This document shows positions 1 through 4,286 of a stretch of DNA of 7,142 nt, in pieces; position 1 is the stretch's first letter; every line of letters begins with the position of its first letter. The position numbers and the translations under genes are program-made. Location: assembly GCA_937968065.1 (NCBI GenBank), contig CALBUD010000073.1, positions 1 through 7,142 of the forward strand, written 5' to 3'. Under the pieces are notes generated by a model that made no database searches, was not told the origin of the DNA, and was given only the letters and a program-made list of their open reading frames with translations. The stretch is from Candidatus Iainarchaeum sp. (GTDB taxonomy: Archaea > Iainarchaeota > Iainarchaeia > Iainarchaeales > CSSED10-239).

Positions 1-26
1 TAAAAAAATTTTTATAAAAAAATAAA

Positions 27-32
27 AAGGTG
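27..32 (+). promoter_or_regulatory. Shine-Dalgarno-like ribosome-binding site (AAGGTG) for the 43-333 CDS
   Basis: AAGGTG lies 10 nt upstream of ATG 43. A TATA-like TTTATAAA at 11-18 is also upstream, but its spacing predicts a nearly leaderless transcript. The two signals are therefore hard to reconcile. Confidence 0.35.
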
Positions 33-42
33 TGAATAAATA

Positions 43-333
43 ATGAAAAATAAAAAAACAGTATCAATGATTATTTTAGCAGTAATTCTTGCAGCAATAA
101 TTGTTATTGTTGTTATGATGTTTTTACCAAAAACAGGAGATGCAGTTTCTTCAGTTTTAGGAGTTTCTAAAACAAAAGCAACAGATATAACTCTTGATGC
201 AGAACAATGTAATACATCGACATACTGTGATGGATTAATCATAGAAGATTGTGGTAATGGAAAATGTTGTTGTGGACAAACAGCTGGTTGTTGTTCAAGA
301 TTATATGATGTTTCAACTCCAGATTTTAGATAA
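43..333 (+). CDS. Hypothetical small (96 aa) membrane-anchored or secreted cysteine-rich protein; no family recognised
   Basis: ATG 43 to TAA 331-333, with AAGGTG upstream. N-terminus is MKNKK followed by a ~21-residue hydrophobic helix (res 8-28), then a polar linker. Eight Cys fall within res 56-84 (C-x5-C-x7-C-x4-CCC-x5-CC; nt 208-294). Codon usage (AGA Arg, A/T third positions) matches the neighbouring genes. Preferred over antisense ORF 12-242, which has no RBS and a low-complexity translation. Confidence 0.6.
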   Translation: MKNKKTVSMIILAVILAAIIVIVVMMFLPKTGDAVSSVLGVSKTKATDITLDAEQCNTSTYCDGLIIEDCGNGKCCCGQTAGCCSRLYDVSTPDFR

Positions 334-353
334 AAATAATAAAAAAAAAAATT
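334..353 (-). terminator. Oligo-T terminator tract for thrS in a 20-nt convergent intergenic gap
   Basis: On the minus strand the thrS stop (TAA, 354-356) is followed after 2 nt by T11 (complement of A11 at 341-351). No stable hairpin is present. Oligo-T alone is a known archaeal termination signal. The + strand small CDS would have to terminate at T-runs inside the thrS 3' end (352-355, 366-373). Confidence 0.4.
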
Positions 354-2267
354 TTATTTAATTTCTTTTTTTTCAATTTCTTTTTTAAGAGTCTTTATAA
401 AATTTGAAAGTTTCATCTCACCTAAAATAACTTCATCTCTTGTTCTTACATTAATTGTTTTGTTTTCTTCTTCTTTATCTCCAATAACTAAGATGTAATT
501 AATCTTTTCTATTTGAGCTGATCTTATCTTCTTATTCATAGTTTCAGCTTTATCATTAACTGTTACTCTAAAACCTTCTTTTTTAAGTTTCTGTTTTAGT
601 TTTTCTGAATATTTGTTATGTCTATCAGCTATAGGTAAGATAGTTATTTGTTGAGGTGAGATCCATAACGGAAACTTTCCTTTTAGATGTTCAACTAAGA
701 TACCCATAAATCTTTCAACAGAACCTAAAACAGCTCTATGAAGCATGATTGGTCTTTTTTTAGTGTTATCGTCAGCTTCATAAGTAAGGTTAAACTTTTC
801 AGGCATTTGAAAATCAAGTTGTATGGTTCCACACTGCCATTTTCTTCCAATAGCATCTGTAAGATGGAAATCTATTTTAGGACCATAGAAAGCACCATCT
901 CCTTCATTTACTTTATATTCTTTTTTCATTTTATCAAGAACATCTTTTAAAGTTTTTTCAGCCATATTCCAAACTTTAGAATCTCCCATAGCTTTTTCTG
1001 GTTTAGTTGAAAGTTCAATTGAATATTCAAAATTAAATGTTTTATAAACAACATCCATAAAATCAATTAAATCTTTTATCTCGTTTTTTAATTGTTTTTC
1101 TGTACAAAAAACATGAGCATCATCTTGAGTAAAGCTTCTTACTCTAAAAAGACCAGATAAAACTCCTGAAAGCTCATGTCTGTGAACTAAACCAAATTCA
1201 CCTGCTCTTATAGGAAGATCTTTATATGAATATTGATGTGCTTTATAGATTAGAATGTTACCTGGACAGTTCATTGGTTTTACTGCAAAATCTTGCTCAT
1301 CTATTTTTGTAAAATACATATTTTCTTTATAATGATCCCAGTGTCCTGATTGAAGCCATAATGATTTATTTAAGATGATTGGTGTTTTGTTAACTTCATA
1401 GTTTCTATCTTCCATAATCTGTGAAACATATTCAACTAATTTGTTCCAAATAAAGCTACCTTTATCATGAAAGAAAGGCATTCCCGGTGCTTCTTCATGG
1501 AAAGAATAAAGATCAAGTTCTCTTCCTATTTTTCTATGATCTCTTTTTAAAATTTCTTCTTGTCTTATTAAATATTCTTTTAATTCTTCTTTTGAGAAGA
1601 AAGAGATACCGTATACTCTTGTAAGTTGTTTGTTATTTGAGTCAGCTCTCCAATAAGCCCCAGATGTCTTTGTAACTTTAAAAGCTTTAACCTTTCCAGA
1701 GTGTTTAAGGTGTGGTCCTCTGCATAAATCTTTAAAGTCTCCTAAAGAGTAATAAGTAAGTTTTTCATTATTGTTGTTTATTTCTTCAATCATTTCTATT
1801 TTGTAAGGGTTATCTTTAAACATTTCTTTTGCTTGAAGGTATGATAATTCATGTCTTATAAATGGTAATTTTTCTGAAATTATTTTTTCTGCTTCTTTTT
1901 CTATTTTTTCAAAGTCTTCTTCTGTTATAGGTTCTTTAATTTCTAAATCATAATAGAAACCATTTTCAATAGCAGGTCCTATTGTAAGTTTTACATCTTT
2001 AAAAAGTTTTTTAATAGCGTATACTAAGATATGTGCTGAGCTATGGTGTAAAACTTCTTTTGCTTCAATATCTTTTGTTGTAAGTACTTTAAAATCACAA
2101 TCATTCGTTATAGGAGTTGTTAAGTCTTTAATATCATTATTTATTTTTACTGCTATTGATGCATTTAAAAGACCTTCACCTATCTCTTCTTTAATTATTT
2201 CTTCTGCTGTTTTTTTTTTTTCCACTTCTTTTATGGAACCATCTGGAAAAGTAATTTTTATTTTCAT
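354..2267 (-). CDS. thrS: Threonyl-tRNA synthetase (class II), bacterial-type architecture with N-terminal TGS and N2 editing domains
   Basis: 637-aa ORF. TGS-like N-terminus (MKIKITFPDGSIKEV). Editing motifs HxxxH (HHSSAH, H75/H79) and CRGPH (C182/H186). Class II core with KPMNCPG (C334), FRVRSFTQDDAH (H385) and MLHRAVLGSVERF. C-terminal anticodon-binding domain (ISPQQITILPIADR...). AGGAG lies 11 nt upstream of ATG 2267. Confidence 0.95.
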   Translation of the reverse strand: MKIKITFPDGSIKEVEKKKTAEEIIKEEIGEGLLNASIAVKINNDIKDLTTPITNDCDFKVLTTKDIEAKEVLHHSSAHILVYAIKKLFKDVKLTIGPAIENGFYYDLEIKEPITEEDFEKIEKEAEKIISEKLPFIRHELSYLQAKEMFKDNPYKIEMIEEINNNNEKLTYYSLGDFKDLCRGPHLKHSGKVKAFKVTKTSGAYWRADSNNKQLTRVYGISFFSKEELKEYLIRQEEILKRDHRKIGRELDLYSFHEEAPGMPFFHDKGSFIWNKLVEYVSQIMEDRNYEVNKTPIILNKSLWLQSGHWDHYKENMYFTKIDEQDFAVKPMNCPGNILIYKAHQYSYKDLPIRAGEFGLVHRHELSGVLSGLFRVRSFTQDDAHVFCTEKQLKNEIKDLIDFMDVVYKTFNFEYSIELSTKPEKAMGDSKVWNMAEKTLKDVLDKMKKEYKVNEGDGAFYGPKIDFHLTDAIGRKWQCGTIQLDFQMPEKFNLTYEADDNTKKRPIMLHRAVLGSVERFMGILVEHLKGKFPLWISPQQITILPIADRHNKYSEKLKQKLKKEGFRVTVNDKAETMNKKIRSAQIEKINYILVIGDKEEENKTINVRTRDEVILGEMKLSNFIKTLKKEIEKKEIK

Positions 2268-2278
2268 ATGATTTCAAA

Positions 2279-2283
2279 CTCCT
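2279..2283 (-). promoter_or_regulatory. Shine-Dalgarno site (AGGAG) for thrS
   Basis: The complement of ctcct at 2279-2283 reads AGGAG. It lies 11 nt upstream of the thrS ATG (2265-2267). Confidence 0.6.
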
Positions 2284-2366
2284 AAAATTTGATATAATAT
2301 ACTTAAATAATATTGTAAAGAAACTTATAAAAAGAGTGTTTTTGTTTTTTTAGAAAATATTTTTTT

Positions 2367-2420
2367 AAAAATAATAAAAAAAAATAAAAAGAAAAAAGAT
2401 GTTTTTACCTATAAAACATC
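2367..2420 (-). terminator. Hairpin plus T-tract terminator for ftsZ
   Basis: Perfect 8-bp inverted repeat (gatgtttt 2398-2405 / aaaacatc 2413-2420) with a 7-nt loop that contains the ftsZ stop codon (TAG, 2409-2411). On the coding strand it is followed by C-T6-C-T5-A-T9 (complement of 2376-2397). Confidence 0.55.
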
Positions 2421-3518
2421 TAATCCGTAGTTATCATCGTATGATCTTCCAGAACCAGATCCACCATAACTTGGAGCTGAATCTTTTCCTCTAAACATCT
2501 TACTTCCTTTAATGAATGGTGATTTTACACCTGTGAAAATAGCAATTACTTCTATTTTATTTTCAAAAGTAGGATCAATTCTTGCACCCCAGATAACAGC
2601 TGCATTAGAATCTGTTTGATCTGTAAGCATTTCACCAACAGCATTAGCTTCACCTAATGTTAATTCAGTTCCACCAGTAATGTGTATTAAACAACCTGTA
2701 GCACCTGTAATATCAACATCTAAAAGAGCATTCTTTAAAGTATCTTCAACAACTTCTTCTACTTTATTTACAGATTGTGATTCACCAACAGCAATAACAG
2801 ATAATCCTTTTCCACCCATTACAGTTCTTATGTCTGCGTAGTCAAGGTTGATTAATGATGGTTGAGTAATTGTTTCTGTAATTCCTCTTACTGTTCTTGC
2901 AATAACTTCATCTGCAACTCTGAAAGCATCTTGCATTGGAAGATTTGGTACAAGTTCAACAAGTCTGTTATTATCAATAACAACAACTGTATCACAAATA
3001 TCTTTTAAAAGATCAATTCCTTCTTCAGCTTTTATAAGTCTTGCTCTTTCAAGTGCGAAAGGGTAAGTTACAATACAGATAACTATTGCACCTTGTTGTT
3101 TTGCTATTTGTGCAACAACTGGAGCTGCTCCTGTTCCTGTTCCACCACCCATACCAGCAGTGATGAAAAGCATGTCAACACCATCTAATATTTCTTCTAA
3201 AGCTGCTTTTGAAACTTCAGCTGCTTTTGCACCAATTTCTGGATATGCACCAGCACCTAAACCATTTGTTACTGATTTTCCAATTAATAATTTTGTAATA
3301 TCATCAGATATTATTCCTAAGTGTTGTCTATCTGTGTTAATTGCAACAAGTTGTGCACCTGCAACACCCATAGCACTTATTCTGTTTACAGAGTTGTTTC
3401 CTGCACCACCAATTCCCATAACCATGATCTTTGGAGCTGCAAATTCTGTGTCTTTTAGATTCATATTTTCAGCTGCTGCTGATTTATGATCTATTGCATT
3501 ATCAACAATTGATCTCAT
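2409..3518 (-). CDS. ftsZ: Cell division GTPase FtsZ (archaeal FtsZ1-like), 369 aa
   Basis: Motifs present: GIGGAGNN (T1), GLGAG, tubulin signature GGGTGTG, T7 loop NLDYAD, and VPNLPMQDAFRVADEV. From memory the last motif resembles archaeal FtsZ1 more than bacterial FtsZ. Start moved to M25 of the ORF-track protein (ATG 3516-3518). That ATG has GAGGTGG 7 nt upstream, and MRSIVDNAID is a plausible FtsZ N-terminus. The 24 extra residues run through the RBS. Confidence 0.93.
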   Translation of the reverse strand: MRSIVDNAIDHKSAAAENMNLKDTEFAAPKIMVMGIGGAGNNSVNRISAMGVAGAQLVAINTDRQHLGIISDDITKLLIGKSVTNGLGAGAYPEIGAKAAEVSKAALEEILDGVDMLFITAGMGGGTGTGAAPVVAQIAKQQGAIVICIVTYPFALERARLIKAEEGIDLLKDICDTVVVIDNNRLVELVPNLPMQDAFRVADEVIARTVRGITETITQPSLINLDYADIRTVMGGKGLSVIAVGESQSVNKVEEVVEDTLKNALLDVDITGATGCLIHITGGTELTLGEANAVGEMLTDQTDSNAAVIWGARIDPTFENKIEVIAIFTGVKSPFIKGSKMFRGKDSAPSYGGSGSGRSYDDNYGLDVL

Positions 3519-3525
3519 TTTCAAT

Positions 3526-3532
3526 CCACCTC
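3526..3532 (-). promoter_or_regulatory. Shine-Dalgarno site (GAGGTGG) for ftsZ
   Basis: The complement of ccacctc at 3526-3532 reads GAGGTGG. A 7-nt spacer separates it from ATG 3518. Confidence 0.65.
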
Positions 3533-3656
3533 TTATATCAATAAAATAAGCTTTTTTAGGGCTTCTTTTTTGTAAATAAGGTATTAACACACTTTATTTT
3601 ATTATCAAGTAAATTAATACATTATTTTAATAGTAATATATATACTACAAAGAGTT

Positions 3657-3664
3657 TTTAAATA
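3657..3664 (+). promoter_or_regulatory. Archaeal-type TATA box (TTTAAATA) for the SRP RNA gene
   Basis: Matches the TTTAWATA consensus and is preceded by a purine-rich stretch AAAGAG (possible BRE). Its centre is ~25 nt upstream of G3685, the first nucleotide of the terminal helix of the SRP RNA. TATA-like words are common in DNA this AT-rich, so support rests mainly on the spacing. Confidence 0.5.
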
Positions 3665-3684
3665 TATCGCTTCTTTAATTACTT

Positions 3685-3954
3685 GTATAGGCTAGCTGGG
3701 AGGGTTGTAGTCTCCTGTTACCGGAAATCTACATATGCCGGAGTGATTACTATTGGAAGGAAAATAAGTAAAAGAACATCCTTTGTAAAATTGCCGACGG
3801 TTCGTCCAGTAAGATCGGGTATCTTAGTAAACCCTGCAAGGTCCGGAAGGAAGCAGCAGTATCCTAAGTATTTGATGCTTATTGGGTCGCGGACTTGAGA
3901 TTTTATAAAGATCAATGTTTTTTCAACTGTTTTTCGACCAGTAGGTGCCTATGC
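3685..3954 (+). ncRNA. ffs: Signal recognition particle RNA (7S/SRP RNA) with Alu domain, ~270 nt
   Basis: This is the only GC-rich island in the window. The helix-8 core AGGTCCGGAAGGAAGCAGC (3839-3857) carries the GGAA tetraloop, flanked by CTGC 3834-3837 / GCAG 3856-3859. Alu domain: helix 3 is GGAG 3699-3702 / CTCC 3712-3715; a UGUUA turn sits at 3716-3720; helix 4 is CCGG 3721-3724 / CCGG 3738-3741. The two loops are complementary (TGTAG 3706-3710 / CTACA 3729-3733). A terminal helix pairs 3685-3692 with 3947-3954. A long helix 5 pairs 3750-3798 with 3886-3944. Boundaries are good to about +/-5 nt. Confidence 0.88.
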
Positions 3955-3961
3955 ACTTACA

Positions 3962-3981
3962 TTTTTAATACTTTTTCTTTT
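3962..3981 (+). terminator. Oligo-T termination tracts downstream of the SRP RNA
   Basis: T5 (3962-3966), T5 (3972-3976) and T4 (3978-3981) begin 8 nt after the terminal helix. Further T-runs follow throughout the spacer. Confidence 0.45.
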
Positions 3982-4072
3982 AGATTATTTATTTTTTAGT
4001 TTATATAGGTTCTTATGCTCTTTTTAAATTAAGATATACATAAAAATAAGTTAACTTTTATATACTCTCCTT

Positions 4073-4128
4073 AAGTAACTGTATTTTTACCTTTTTTTTT
4101 AAAATAACTTGTATTTTAGGTCTTTTTT
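4073..4128 (+). repeat. Imperfect tandem direct repeat (~29-nt period), each copy ending in a T-run
   Basis: Copy A (4073-4100) is AAGTAACT-GTATTTTTACC-T9. Copy B (4102-4128) is AAATAACTTGTATTTT-AGGTC-T6. About 22 of 28 aligned positions are identical, with a shared core TAACT(T)GTATTTT. The low-complexity context limits significance. Confidence 0.3.
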
Positions 4129-4249
4129 ATTTGTTGTTTTTATAGGTAAAAACAAAGATTTTAAAGAATATTTATTTTTCGGTCATTTCCCTTAAAACAA
4201 TTTATAAACTTTTTCTTACTTAATTATGTTACTAATTCTTTATGAATTT

Positions 4250-4257
4250 TTTAAAAT
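4250..4257 (+). promoter_or_regulatory. Candidate TATA box (TTTAAAAT) for uvrA
   Basis: Its centre is ~33 nt upstream of ATG 4287, which predicts a transcript start ~6-8 nt before the ATG (near-leaderless). This fits the absence of a Shine-Dalgarno motif before 4287. The context is very AT-rich, so specificity is low. Confidence 0.25.
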
Positions 4258-4286
4258 TTATTTTTTTAAAAAAAGTAAGATATTTT

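Noticed and set aside
43-130. Possible class III (type IV pilin/archaellin-like) signal peptide on the small protein
   Set aside because: There is no [KR]-[GA] cleavage motif directly before the hydrophobic stretch (the sequence is MKNKKT-VSMIIL). There is also no lipobox Cys after it. A simple signal-anchor is the better description.
12-242. 76-aa ORF antisense to the small Cys-rich CDS
   Set aside because: It has no RBS and its translation is low-complexity and Ile/Thr-rich, as expected for the antisense of an AT-rich gene. The + strand ORF has an SD-like site and a coherent signal-anchor plus Cys-module organisation.
738-950. 70-aa ORF on the + strand inside thrS
   Set aside because: It lies wholly antisense within a confidently identified ThrRS gene, and its Phe/Ile/Ser-rich product has no recognisable features.
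2268-2408. thrS leader as a T-box or a tRNA-mimic operator
   Set aside because: The 141-nt gap is mostly taken up by the ftsZ terminator T-tracts and an AT-rich promoter region. There is no GC-containing structured element and no specifier or T-box sequence.
3160-3489. 109-aa ORF on the + strand inside ftsZ
   Set aside because: It is antisense to the Gly/Ala-rich FtsZ core. Its Ala/Pro/Ser-rich translation is the expected shadow of those codons.
3519-3590. 24-residue N-terminal extension of ftsZ in the ORF track (MLIPYLQKRSPKKAYFIDIRGGLK)
   Set aside because: The extension reads through the strong GAGGTGG RBS that serves ATG 3518. It has no RBS of its own, and FtsZ homology begins at MRSIVDNAID.
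3796-3810. T-loop-like GGTTCG motif suggesting a tRNA
   Set aside because: No acceptor, D or anticodon arms can be drawn around it. The motif sits inside the SRP RNA between helix 5 and helix 8.
3683-3915. Two overlapping ORFs (3683-3898 + and 3718-3915 -) over the GC-rich island
   Set aside because: The interval is explained by the SRP RNA (helix-8 core, Alu domain, terminal helix). Neither ORF has an RBS or protein-like features. They are open only because the GC-rich RNA gene lacks AT-rich stop codons.
4048-4057. Perfect 10-bp palindrome AAGTTAACTT as a possible operator
   Set aside because: Short A/T palindromes are expected by chance at this composition. It has no partner half-sites and lies ~230 nt from the nearest start codon.
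4134-4155. 9-bp stem / 4-nt loop hairpin as a terminator or riboswitch element
   Set aside because: No T-run follows it on either strand. The stem is almost all A:U, and my rough estimate is that such a match is not improbable in 330 nt of this composition. It is kept only as a detail of the spacer finding.
4242-4286. 15-residue N-terminal extension of uvrA in the ORF track (MNFLKFIFLKKVRYF)
   Set aside because: UvrA homology starts at MALKDIVIKGAREHNLKN, and starting at 4287 gives the canonical 940-aa length. The extension overlaps the candidate TATA element and is low-complexity.
3957-4286. AT-rich spacer as a replication origin
   Set aside because: I found no repeated ORB-like or DnaA-box-like elements, and no adjacent orc1/cdc6 or dnaA. 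The only repeat is a single tandem pair.
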